Source of the DNA: Candidatus Poribacteria bacterium
GTDB taxonomy: Bacteria; Poribacteria; WGA-4E; WGA-3G
Direction: 5' to 3'
Length of the DNA: 64,000 nt
Assembly: GCA_963665235.2 (NCBI GenBank)
Contig: CAXXLX010000001.1
Span: 1,472,001-1,536,000 of the forward strand
The notes below the pieces were generated by a model that did no database searches, was not told the origin of the DNA, and saw nothing but the letters and a program-made list of their open reading frames with translations. The number at the start of each line of letters is the position of its first letter. The stretch's first letter is position 1. The position numbers and the translations under genes were made by a program. This document shows positions 27,167 through 36,617 of the stretch, piece after piece.

Positions 27167-28150
27167 TTACGGTTGAATAGCTCCAGCATAAAGGTCATCC
27201 AATGCGTCTTCGGGAAGCGGTTCTGGACTATTTTTGGCGAAATCTAGTGCTTCCTCAAGTTCGTTTGCGAGTTCCGCTTCTAGGGCGGCAAGTTCATCTT
27301 CCGTTATCCCCTCCTCTTCGATAAGTGTCTGTGTGAGTCTACGGATGGGGTCGCGTTGGCGTTCCTGTTCTTGCACCTCTTCTCGGTCACGATAGGATGT
27401 GCCTGGGTCACCGATGTGGTGTCCTCGGAATCTGTAGGTATCACAATTGAGGAGGGTCGGTCCTCCGCCTTCTCGTGCGCGTGTGACGGCTTCGTGTGCT
27501 GCGGTGTAAACCTTGAGCACATCATTGCCATCGACGGTGACCCCTGGCATATCGTAGGCGGGTGCGCGGACAGCAATGTCCTCTACTCGCTGATGTTCAT
27601 GTTGCGGTGTTCCCATACCGAATCGGTTGTTTTCACAGACAAAAACGACTGGCAATTCCCATACCGCGGCGAGATTGAGCGTCTCATGAAATACGCCCTG
27701 GTTTGTCGCTCCGTCACCGAAGAAGGAGACAGCGATTTGCTGCGTTCCCCGGAGCTTGGCAGAAAGTGCTGCGCCAGCAGCTAACGGAATGCCCGCGCCG
27801 ACTACACCGTTGGCACCAAGGATGCCGGTCTCTTTGTCGGCGATGTGCATTGAACCCCCTTTGCCTTTGCAGTACCCGGTGGTGCGTGCAAACAGCTCCG
27901 CCATCATCCTGTCACGTTTACCCCCTTTTGCAATAAGGTGGCCGTGGCCGCGATGCGTACTCGTGATGTAATCGTCATCTTTTAGATGCACGCAAACACC
28001 TACAGCGGTGGCTTCTTCACCGATATAGAGGTGGAGAAAACCGGGGAGCTGTCCGCTCTGGTAAAGCGTTCCTGCGGCTTCTTCGAACTGACGAATTTCT
28101 ACCATCTTGCGATACATTAAAAGCATCTGCTCTTTATTTGGTTTTGACAT
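27167..28150 (-). CDS. TPP-dependent dehydrogenase E1 alpha subunit (PdhA/AcoA family)
   Basis: GFLHLYIGEEA, GKGGSMH, FFGDGATNQG..N motif, YRFRGH. Confidence 0.92.
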   Translation of the reverse strand: MSKPNKEQMLLMYRKMVEIRQFEEAAGTLYQSGQLPGFLHLYIGEEATAVGVCVHLKDDDYITSTHRGHGHLIAKGGKRDRMMAELFARTTGYCKGKGGSMHIADKETGILGANGVVGAGIPLAAGAALSAKLRGTQQIAVSFFGDGATNQGVFHETLNLAAVWELPVVFVCENNRFGMGTPQHEHQRVEDIAVRAPAYDMPGVTVDGNDVLKVYTAAHEAVTRAREGGGPTLLNCDTYRFRGHHIGDPGTSYRDREEVQEQERQRDPIRRLTQTLIEEEGITEDELAALEAELANELEEALDFAKNSPEPLPEDALDDLYAGAIQP

Positions 28151-28209
28151 AATTCCTTTCCTAAAAAATAGTGGCGCGACAGCGAACAGCGTCCGCCTAC
28201 TACCGCTTT

Positions 28210-28890
28210 CTACAAGGGTTCAATGCACTCTGGCGAATTGTTCATGGGCCGATTGACAAACCGAGAGACCGGGTAAGCCTCCATCTCCTCCGCGGAATAG
28301 GGGACGAGAAGCGGTTGTAGAACGTCCGCAGTGCACTCATCAGGCACAAGCCACGCTGCATAAGCATCCGGTGGTAAAATCACAGGCATCCGATGGTGAA
28401 TCTTTTCCAACTTATGATTAGGCGGACAGGTGATAATAGTGCAAGAGCGGAGCGGTTGCTGCGTCTCGTCTGGCTGCCATGTTTCCCATAACCCTGCGAA
28501 TGCAAACGGCTGTTGTGATTTGAGCCGGATGTAGATGGGTTGTTTAAGGCGGGTGTCGGGAATCTTTTGCCATTCATAATAGCCATCCGCCAGGATAAGG
28601 CATCGCCTACGTTTATAAGCTGCACGGAAGGACGGTTTTTCCGCAAGGGTTTCCGAGCGAGCGTTAATCATCCGATTGCCAATCTTTGGGTCTTTTGCCC
28701 AAGATGGAATGAGTCCCCAATGAAAAAACGCTAGAGGCATCTCTGTCTCAGTCGGTGTGTTTGTAATGACAGCGACATCCTGTGTCGGTGCAATATTGTA
28801 GCGTGGTGCCAAGGTCACGGGTGCGTCAAAGTTGAAAAAAAGCTGCTGCAGCGTCTCCGTGTCGCTTGCCAGGGTAAATCGTCCACACAT
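28210..28890 (-). CDS. SOS response-associated peptidase (SRAP/YedK, abasic-site crosslinking)
   Basis: Starts MCGRF; RYNIAPTQ, WGLIP.W, INARSE, H.RMPVIL. Confidence 0.93.
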   Translation of the reverse strand: MCGRFTLASDTETLQQLFFNFDAPVTLAPRYNIAPTQDVAVITNTPTETEMPLAFFHWGLIPSWAKDPKIGNRMINARSETLAEKPSFRAAYKRRRCLILADGYYEWQKIPDTRLKQPIYIRLKSQQPFAFAGLWETWQPDETQQPLRSCTIITCPPNHKLEKIHHRMPVILPPDAYAAWLVPDECTADVLQPLLVPYSAEEMEAYPVSRFVNRPMNNSPECIEPL

Positions 28891-28903
28891 TGTCAGCTCC
28901 TTT

Positions 28904-29743
28904 TTAAGAAGGATTTTTGGGTTGCGGGACCAGAATATCATCTCTCCATCGGAGTCGGAAGGAGGGGCGGACAAGTGCCTCAGGGGATTGGAGTGTCAAT
29001 CCGCCATCGGCTGTCAACACGATGCCTGTGACGAAGTCTGCCTCATCGGATGCTAAGAAGAGCGCGACATTGGCGATATCTTCAGGTTTACCGTAGCGTC
29101 CGATAGGGTAGCAGTCCCGGGAGGCCTGTTCCTCTAATGTATCCGCTGCCAGGGATGCTTCGCCGCGTTCGCCGACAATTTGTCCTGGAGCGATAGCATT
29201 AGCACGGATGCCCTCCCTTCCGTAGTCAAGCGCGATGCTTCGCGTTAAGGCGTTCAATCCGCCTTTACCTGCCCCGTAAAGCCCGAACCCTGGGTTCGTA
29301 ATGGTGGCGTTAACGGTAGAGATGAAGACTAGCGTTCCGCCACCATTACGTATCATTTCAGGGATACAGTATTTGGCTCCGAGCCATGGCCCACCGAGCG
29401 TTACACCGAGGCTTTCGTTCCACTCTTCGGGTGTAAATTCAATCGCCTTTTTGGTGTAGGAGTGCGCTGCGTTATGAACGAGAGACGTTATCTTTCCGTA
29501 GTTCGTTAGTGCGGTTTCGACAAGCGTCTGCCACGTTTTTTCATCGGCGACATCACCCATAACGGGGGTCGCTTCTCCGCCAGCGTCCGTAATTCGGGTT
29601 ACGGTTTCAGCGAGTTTTTCTTCGCGTCGACGTGTGTTGACAACAACTTTCGCCCCTTCACAGGCGAATCGATAAGCAGTCGCTGCCCCAATTCCACCCC
29701 AGGCAGCTCCTGCAACAATGGCAACTTTTCCTTCCAGTCTCAT
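28904..29743 (-). CDS. short-chain dehydrogenase/reductase
   Basis: GAAWGGIG, NAA, YGAGK, IRANAIAPG. Confidence 0.9.
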   Translation of the reverse strand: MRLEGKVAIVAGAAWGGIGAATAYRFACEGAKVVVNTRRREEKLAETVTRITDAGGEATPVMGDVADEKTWQTLVETALTNYGKITSLVHNAAHSYTKKAIEFTPEEWNESLGVTLGGPWLGAKYCIPEMIRNGGGTLVFISTVNATITNPGFGLYGAGKGGLNALTRSIALDYGREGIRANAIAPGQIVGERGEASLAADTLEEQASRDCYPIGRYGKPEDIANVALFLASDEADFVTGIVLTADGGLTLQSPEALVRPSFRLRWRDDILVPQPKNPS

Positions 29744-29771
29744 AACAAATTCCTTTCTGTTGCGTTGGCAA

Positions 29772-31094
29772 TTATTCGTTCATCTCCATTTGTCTGATAG
29801 CAACAAGGTGCATGGCTTTCAAAAGATCTCGTTCTGCCGCCGCTATATTCCCTAAGTCTTCGTTAGCTACTGCTCGCGTGAGGTGTGCTTCGACGCTATC
29901 GGGTTCTAGGCGAATTGCCTCGTTCAGGTCAGCGAGCCCTTCTTCGCGGAGCCCAAGCCCAGATTTCGCGATAGCTCTATTGAGATGTGCCTCGGCGTTA
30001 TCCGGTTCTAGGCGAATTACCTCGTTAAAATCAGCAAGAGCCTCTTCATATAACTCAATGATACCCTTGGCTATACCGCGGTGACAGTAAGCTTCGGTGT
30101 TGTCTGGTTCTCTGCGGATTACTTCATCGAAATCTTTGATCGCCTCTTTGAGCTCACCTGTCCCCCACTTTGCCATGGCGCGGTTGTAATATGATACGGA
30201 GTCGTCAGGATTCAGCTGTATCGCTTTATCAGCGACTTTAATTACGGCTTTATATTCCTCGATATCTTCTTCAGATAACTCAAATAGATTTTCAAAAGGG
30301 GACCTGTCTAGTTCTCCGGCTAGGAGTGCTTGGAAAGGGTTATCTTCCGTGCTATTTGGCAGAAAGAAAAATTCATCCTCCTCATCGTCATATTCATCGT
30401 CATATTCATCGTCATATTCATCGTCATACACGTCCTCATATTCACCTTCATAGATATCTGCATCCGTGTGGATTTCGGTTATGAGTTCATGTCGCTCCTC
30501 CCGTGCCTCGAGATTATTGGGATTGAGGCGTATCGCTTCATCGTAATCGGCACGGGCAGCGTCAACCTCACCCCTACTTAATCTGAGTCCGGCGCGATAA
30601 TAGAGAGCCTCGCTGTTATCCGGTTGGAGCTGTAACGCTTTGTCATAATCAGCGAGTGCTTCATCACGGAGTTGCAACTCCTCTTTTGCTATGCCGCGGA
30701 CACAGTAGGCATCGGAAAAATTCCGGTTTAGCGTAATTGCGGTATTACAATCTTCTATGCTTGTCTGAAACTCACCGATAATACAGTGTGTGTAACCGCG
30801 TTTTACATAGGCTTCGACGTATTCCGGCTTATGCTCAATAGCGTCTTCGAAATCTTTAATAGCCTTGTCACATTCATCTAGCGCAAGATTTGACATACCG
30901 CGATTGTAGTACGCCTCGGCATAATCCGGTTTGGAACGTATTGCATTGTCGTAGTCCGCAATTGCGTCGACGTATTCGTCTCGAGCGGCTTTTGCAAACC
31001 CCTGCTTGTTATATTGTGCAGGACGCTTGATAATCTGACGTTTCCTTTTGTTGGAATGCCGTTTACGCTTGTTAGTCGGTTTCTTCTTAGCCAT
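29772..31094 (-). CDS. TPR protein with a central acidic (EYDD)n tract
   Basis: AEAYYNRG-type TPRs; basic N-terminus; 12-bp DNA repeats encoding DDEY. Confidence 0.88.
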   Translation of the reverse strand: MAKKKPTNKRKRHSNKRKRQIIKRPAQYNKQGFAKAARDEYVDAIADYDNAIRSKPDYAEAYYNRGMSNLALDECDKAIKDFEDAIEHKPEYVEAYVKRGYTHCIIGEFQTSIEDCNTAITLNRNFSDAYCVRGIAKEELQLRDEALADYDKALQLQPDNSEALYYRAGLRLSRGEVDAARADYDEAIRLNPNNLEAREERHELITEIHTDADIYEGEYEDVYDDEYDDEYDDEYDDEEDEFFFLPNSTEDNPFQALLAGELDRSPFENLFELSEEDIEEYKAVIKVADKAIQLNPDDSVSYYNRAMAKWGTGELKEAIKDFDEVIRREPDNTEAYCHRGIAKGIIELYEEALADFNEVIRLEPDNAEAHLNRAIAKSGLGLREEGLADLNEAIRLEPDSVEAHLTRAVANEDLGNIAAAERDLLKAMHLVAIRQMEMNE

Positions 31095-31215
31095 CCGTTC
31101 GTATCTCCATTATTTTTTATTAATTTATCGGCTCAAACACCTTATTAATTATCATACCATATTATCCACTTTTTTGCTATAATAATTTTAATCGTTACGA
31201 AGGGAGCCAATATAT

Positions 31216-31575
31216 ATGAAAACAGCGATAAAAGACTGGCTTGACAATTGTGTGGAAAAACTGAGCATCGGCGAGCTGACAGCAGCGGATTTACAAGGTG
31301 TAACAGCTGCATTGAATTCGGAAAAACAGCTTATCCTCTATCTCTATTCCAAATCGACGAACCTACGTTCGCCTATTGCGGGGTGGGCACTGTATGACCC
31401 AACGGCACCTGACGAGCCGATGCTGCCTTCGCAAGATGCACCTTACAGTTCTGTGCTCGACGCGGTTCGCGACGGGTGGCGGATTGTGCAATTTCCGCGC
31501 CCCGAACTTTACAACTTTTCTGATGTTGACAACGCCTATCTCAGTTTCGAGTTTATTCTGGAAAAAATTCTGTAA
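31216..31575 (+). CDS. hypothetical protein
   Basis: GGGAG RBS; co-oriented with the PhyH gene; DAVRDGWRIVQFP. Confidence 0.7.
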   Translation: MKTAIKDWLDNCVEKLSIGELTAADLQGVTAALNSEKQLILYLYSKSTNLRSPIAGWALYDPTAPDEPMLPSQDAPYSSVLDAVRDGWRIVQFPRPELYNFSDVDNAYLSFEFILEKIL

Positions 31576-31587
31576 AGGAGAAAACAG

Positions 31588-32379
31588 ATGATTAACGTTG
31601 AACCGACCCTAGATGACCATCAAATCATGCAATTTATTCACAACGGCTATATCACGTTAGAGCGAGTCGTTGACGCAGATTTCAATCGGGAATGCGAATC
31701 TGTTAACGGCGGACACCTAAGCGATTTTGTCCAAACCGATGCATTCCGCCGAAACGTGCTGCTCCATCCGACCGTTGCAGGTGTCGCGCGGTCGCTGCTA
31801 GGCGAAGATTTCATCGTGCCAACCAATGCACACCATCACCTCTTTGAAGCACCGCACCGTGGCCAAACCTGGCACTCCGATGGACTTACCGAATACGGAT
31901 ACGGTATCACACATCTTCAGTGCTACTATTATCCCAAAGCGGTCGAAATAGAGGATGGCCCAACGATGATTTTGCCAGGGTCACACTATCGCCTCGTCGA
32001 TCGGGAAGCAATTGCGCATTATGGCGATATTTTGGGACAGCTCTCACTCACAGTACCAGCGGGCACCGTCGCAATGACACGTTACGGCATCTGGCATAAG
32101 GCAGGCCCGAAACTTAACGCTGACAAACGCGGCATGATTAAGTTTTCATACCTCCGAACGGCAAAACCTAAGCGGGATTGGCTACGCGAGTCCGATGAAA
32201 TTCCGACTTATCAGCATAAGGGACGGCACCCCTATGTAACGGAGGTGGAATCCTACCGTGACAGACGCAGAGGGGAGCTGACATGGAATTGGTTATGCGG
32301 ATTGACAGAGGTTGAGGAAACGCTTCCACCGGAGAAGATGTTTCATAGCGGTATACCGTTATCGAAAATCCAGCTTTAG
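31588..32379 (+). CDS. phytanoyl-CoA dioxygenase (PhyH) family Fe(II)/2OG protein
   Basis: F..NGY, WHSD (HxD), GPT.ILPGSH, WHKA. Confidence 0.85.
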   Translation: MINVEPTLDDHQIMQFIHNGYITLERVVDADFNRECESVNGGHLSDFVQTDAFRRNVLLHPTVAGVARSLLGEDFIVPTNAHHHLFEAPHRGQTWHSDGLTEYGYGITHLQCYYYPKAVEIEDGPTMILPGSHYRLVDREAIAHYGDILGQLSLTVPAGTVAMTRYGIWHKAGPKLNADKRGMIKFSYLRTAKPKRDWLRESDEIPTYQHKGRHPYVTEVESYRDRRRGELTWNWLCGLTEVEETLPPEKMFHSGIPLSKIQL

Positions 32380-32588
32380 TAGTCCAATCAATTTAATGAT
32401 ATTAACGGGCAACTGCGATTTTCGCAACGTGTGAATCTACCGCCGCATTACCGATGCGGTTCAAGAATGCGTTGTGTCCTCTGCTTCCTCACTAACTGCA
32501 TCACGTCCCTCAGCCTTGGGAAAACAGAGTAGACCGACCATAGCCAATAGACATTATAATGATTTAATCAGAGTGTGCCTATGAACCT

Positions 32589-32705
32589 TGTAGGGGCAAG
32601 GGGACCTCGCCCTATGAACAGGGATAACCTCGAAGCGGGCGGGGAAACCCCGCCCCTACGCACCGCAACGGATAACGAAACAGGATGGGGAAACCACGCG
32701 CCTAC
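32589..32705. repeat. GTAG-type REP cluster
   Basis: GTAGGGGCAAGGGGACCTCGCCCTA, GGCGGGGAAACCCCGCCCCTAC, GGGGAAACCACGCGCCTAC. Confidence 0.7.
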
Positions 32706-32879
32706 AACAATTAAACCAGCATAATGTCTAATGCGTAAGTCCTGTCTAAGGTAAAGTGACACGTTACCTCTCAAAAATAGATGTTTTTGGACTACAAACC
32801 GCACAAACCCATCTGTTAAACACGACGAGCAATGAATGGTTCCCCTACTACAAACGGCACAGCTGCAAAGGTTGATGTC

Positions 32880-33677
32880 CTAACGCGCACCACACGCTTG
32901 TAAACACGCCTGCATGTGGCCACGCGATTCCGCAGCAATAGTGCAACACTGTGCTAAACTATACTCCTTCGCACCGATGACCTCCAAGTTAAGCGGTCCG
33001 GTATAACCGTTTTCATGGAGCACACGGATATAACCGACAAGGTCAATGTCGCCGCGCCCATTCGCTTGTAGTTCAGGTGGCCCGGGGCCCCGTTGTGTCC
33101 CCTTACAGTCGCGAATATGCACGTGTTTGACACGTGAAACAACGGCTGCAATTGCCTCCACCGGGTTCTCCTCGGCACGATGAATATGTGATGGATCCAT
33201 GTCTATACCGAATGCTGGTGAGGAAATCGCTTCCATCGCACGGAGGGTTGTCGGCGTATTATAAATGCTTGCACCGACATGCGCCTTGACGCAGAGCGTT
33301 ACGCCGTAATGCTCCGCCCGCGCTGAGAGGCTCCCCAAAGAATCAATTACCTCGGGCCAGGCATCTTCGTTGTCAGATGCCCCGCCGGGCCCGCAGTTAA
33401 TAATCGGGATACCTATTTCAGCCGCTGCTTGAAAAGCAAGTTCCATTCTTTGCGGGTCGCGAGAGGGTTGTTCCATCGCCAGCAACTCAAGTTCGTACGT
33501 TTTTGAGAGCTGTTTGATGTCGTCTGCGATTTCCTGCCAGTTTGAGAGGACGAGATGCTGGCTCATCCCATCAATTGCAGAAAGTTCAATGCCGTCGTAG
33601 CCGGCCATAGCGATGTGCTTAAAGGCGGTTTCCATATCGTAACCGCCGAATAGCACAGAATTTGCTCCTAATTTCAA
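32880..33677 (-). CDS. sugar phosphate isomerase/epimerase
   Basis: TTG start after AGGAG; GYDGIEL, DPSH, HVHIRD, LEV. Confidence 0.87.
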   Translation of the reverse strand: MKLGANSVLFGGYDMETAFKHIAMAGYDGIELSAIDGMSQHLVLSNWQEIADDIKQLSKTYELELLAMEQPSRDPQRMELAFQAAAEIGIPIINCGPGGASDNEDAWPEVIDSLGSLSARAEHYGVTLCVKAHVGASIYNTPTTLRAMEAISSPAFGIDMDPSHIHRAEENPVEAIAAVVSRVKHVHIRDCKGTQRGPGPPELQANGRGDIDLVGYIRVLHENGYTGPLNLEVIGAKEYSLAQCCTIAAESRGHMQACLQACGAR

Positions 33678-33804
33678 ATTGAGGTCTCCTTTGTAAAATC
33701 GTTGCGGTTGTAAACATATCGTCCTTCTGGAACGGGTGATAAATCCCCCTACTACGAGCCCTAGTGAAGCCCGCTTCTCTGGACAATTCATTGCGCGTTA
33801 AGGT

Positions 33805-34248
33805 TTAGGTGTCTGTAGTATCAGGTGGTTCAGGGAACGGTTCGGTGAATGGTTCATTGTGTGTCTCAGCATCAAGCCGTCTGTTATTCCATTCAGCGAT
33901 TTTTTGGTAAACCTCGGCTTTTCCTTTGGCTATCCCTTCGGCTCTTGCTTCAGCGAATCGTCTTTTCCGTCTGTCCCGATGATCTTGAAGACGCGAAAAC
34001 ATAATCATACCTCCTTCTACGAACAGGTTTATACTTGTGGCCCAGGCCAACGCGTCACCTCCGTGCTCTAGCATCACGTAAAATGCCGCGGACCACGTCT
34101 GCCCATCAAGTATTCTCTCATGGAGGATAATCCCTCCTAATATTAAAAACAGAATCAATATTAAACGAACTAGCGCGTCCTCAGCATCCTGAACAGTGAA
34201 CAACGCAGCTCGAGGTTTCTCCGTATTTTTCATAGCTTTTCTTTCCAT
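33805..34248 (-). CDS. hypothetical membrane protein
   Basis: TM segments; C-terminal AEGIAKGKAE coiled segment. Confidence 0.6.
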   Translation of the reverse strand: MERKAMKNTEKPRAALFTVQDAEDALVRLILILFLILGGIILHERILDGQTWSAAFYVMLEHGGDALAWATSINLFVEGGMIMFSRLQDHRDRRKRRFAEARAEGIAKGKAEVYQKIAEWNNRRLDAETHNEPFTEPFPEPPDTTDT

Positions 34249-34364
34249 TATTGATGTCCCTCGGCCGATCGGTTGTTAAAAATACCGCGCTATGCCGTAG
34301 AGGGTACATCTTTGTAAATTCTTACCTAGGTTTTGAAATCAGCCTTAAGGTTACTTAAAAGATA

Positions 34365-34517
34365 ACGCGAGCTTGATAGTAAATGTCCGTTGGTTTCCGT
34401 AGACACTTTTCAGGTTCTCCGACAAAAGCGGGATGAGTGTAGCATGAACGTTTATTGTGCCGTTTTTTCTAAAGCGACTATGGGATGTTGGGGATGAAAA
34501 CTTTTTCAAACTCACAT
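34365..34517 (+). mobile_element. MITE family B copy (153 bp)
   Basis: TIRs ACGCGAGCTTGA / TCAAACTCACAT flanked by TA; homologous to 1434-1717 and 48321-48470. Confidence 0.75.
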
Positions 34518-34620
34518 TAAATAAATATTTCGGGAATCGACGGGTGATAAATCACCCGACTACCAGCCATTCTGCGATTTATCGCACGTGCTGTATCTAT
34601 CAGTTTTCCGTGGTGTGCCG

Positions 34621-35700
34621 TTATAATCCCTTCAAAGTTGGAAGCGGATGCGGACGCACCAAGATACCCCCCTGTTCGTAAGATTCTATTGCTGCCCAGG
34701 TGTATTCAAGCGCAGCGAGGGCATCTCTGCCGGAAGCGCGTAGTTTTTCTCTCGGCACACCGTTCGTTATATCCTCCAAAAACGCGTGAATTCTTAAGGG
34801 GAACGTCCGCCCGAAATCACTGATGCCGGACTCGGTGACAACTGTCTCGCCACCTTCAGGGGCACCAGGGGAGGGCCAAAACGTAATCTTTTCGATGCAG
34901 TTTTCAATGCAAAATGTGCCGCGGGTACCCGCCAGCTCAACACTCCACCAGCCTCCAAGCCCGAACGTAGCATCGCCACGTTGGCTCAGCAGATACCCGA
35001 TACATCCGTTTTCAAAACGGAGATGGATGCTGTTAATAGAGACCATCAAATCTCCTTCGCGCCGTCGAAAATGGGGACGTTCCATAAATGCCTGTACGTG
35101 CGTCACGTCTCCGCAGAAATGGCGCATCACACTAAACGGGTGCGACAGGAACGCTTTGACGTGAAAGTATGGAAAACCGTCTGAGCGGGGTGCAGTTGAA
35201 TAGGTATAGTTGAATTCACCACCAGCAAATCCCATTTTGTGAAGGCAGTAGACCTGCTCCCCAATTTGTCCGTTATCAATATATTTCTTCGCCTGTTCAG
35301 CAGGTGGCGTGAAGTAGTGGTTCAGGTTACACCCGAGGTAAAGCTCTTTCCTTGCAGCGGTTGCCACCATGTCGCGTGCCTGTCCGATATCGTTAGAAAT
35401 CGGTTTTTCGACCAGTACGTGTTTTCCGTTTTCAAGTGCTTCGATTGTGGGTTCATAGTGCCAGCTGCCGTTTTCATTTCCGCCGGTGCTGACATCCACG
35501 ATGTCCAGGTCCGGTTCGCCATCAATCATATCAGCTAGACGATAATATGCCTTTACGCCGAGGCGTTCTGCTGCGCTGTCCGCGCGGTCTTTCACAATGT
35601 CGCAGACTGCCACAAGTTCTGCTAAGTCGTCATTTGCGTAACAATTTGCATGGTTATTGCCAATGCCGCTCATGCCGACAACGCCAACTTTTAATGCCAT
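34621..35700 (-). CDS. Gfo/Idh/MocA-family oxidoreductase
   Basis: VGVVGMSGIG, GKHVLVEKP. Confidence 0.9.
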   Translation of the reverse strand: MALKVGVVGMSGIGNNHANCYANDDLAELVAVCDIVKDRADSAAERLGVKAYYRLADMIDGEPDLDIVDVSTGGNENGSWHYEPTIEALENGKHVLVEKPISNDIGQARDMVATAARKELYLGCNLNHYFTPPAEQAKKYIDNGQIGEQVYCLHKMGFAGGEFNYTYSTAPRSDGFPYFHVKAFLSHPFSVMRHFCGDVTHVQAFMERPHFRRREGDLMVSINSIHLRFENGCIGYLLSQRGDATFGLGGWWSVELAGTRGTFCIENCIEKITFWPSPGAPEGGETVVTESGISDFGRTFPLRIHAFLEDITNGVPREKLRASGRDALAALEYTWAAIESYEQGGILVRPHPLPTLKGL

Positions 35701-35790
35701 TTTTTAAAATTCCTTCCAATAGGTAAAATAGACTTTGCATTTAATTATAACATGTTCGCGATTTTGTCAACAAATATTTTAAAAATTATC

Positions 35791-35819
35791 TTGACATCAA
35801 TTCATAACCGTGCTATATT
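35791..35819 (+). promoter_or_regulatory. sigma70-type promoter
   Basis: TTGACA-N17-TATATT with extended TG. Confidence 0.6.
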
Positions 35820-35915
35820 TTTCATTATAATCAGACCTACGCATTATGTAAAATTGTGTTATCAACGCGAAGCGTAAGTTCTAGGTAAATTACAGCAAAA
35901 AGGACATTATCAGTA

Positions 35916-36341
35916 ATGAATACACAAAATTTGATCTTGCTAACTCTCGGGTTGCTATGTTGTATATTGGCATGTAGCCGTGATAGCGATACAGGAAACG
36001 GGGAGCCAATCACTATTGACCCCCGAGCTTCATTTGAACAGAATCTTTTGCCAATCCTCACGGCGCGCTGCGCACTTGCTGGATGCCACGTCGCTGATGG
36101 GCCTCACGGTTTAGATTTTAGGACATACGAATCTTTCATGGCGGGCGGAGAGCATGGGTCAGTATTTATCCCGGGAGATGCAGAAAATAGTGAGATTATT
36201 GAAGAGATTGTTTCCGGGAAAATGCCACCTAACGGGCCTCCGTTGAGTGAGTCGGAAATTCAATTGTTCACTGATTGGATTAACGGTCAGGAAGCAAACC
36301 CTGATGCTCATACCCACGATGACGAGCACGGGCACGACTAG
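35916..36341 (+). CDS. c-type cytochrome lipoprotein (Planctomycete cytochrome c-like)
   Basis: Lipobox ILAC; CALAGCH haem motif; MPP axial Met; WI..G; His-rich tail. Confidence 0.8.
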   Translation: MNTQNLILLTLGLLCCILACSRDSDTGNGEPITIDPRASFEQNLLPILTARCALAGCHVADGPHGLDFRTYESFMAGGEHGSVFIPGDAENSEIIEEIVSGKMPPNGPPLSESEIQLFTDWINGQEANPDAHTHDDEHGHD

Positions 36342-36387
36342 CAATGTTTCCGGTATCTCGGAAAATCGAGGATAAGTCGCCTCTTAA

Positions 36388-36491
36388 CCTATACGGACCC
36401 TACGGGGCTAAGTACGAGTTGGCATACCGTTCTCTATAAACATAACGCCCTTGAAGAGCGGGAAACTGTTTGCCCGAATACTGGGGCTAAG
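36388..36491 (-). repeat. REP-like repeats (short and long form)
   Basis: Reverse complement CTTAGCCCCAGTATTCGGGCAAACAG..CCCGCTCTTCAAGGGCGTTATGTTTATAG. Confidence 0.75.
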
Positions 36492-36543
36492 CGGGGGAAC
36501 GGAAACACCTACTGCTTTACACACCCTATCTTGAAAAATTTCC

Positions 36544-36572
36544 TTGACACCAATTCAGATATGTGCTATTTT
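36544..36572 (+). promoter_or_regulatory. sigma70-type promoter
   Basis: TTGACA-N17-TATTTT with extended TG. Confidence 0.5.
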
Positions 36573-36617
36573 TTCATGACAGCACATATTATAAAACGCT
36601 AAAGGAGAAAAAATCGG

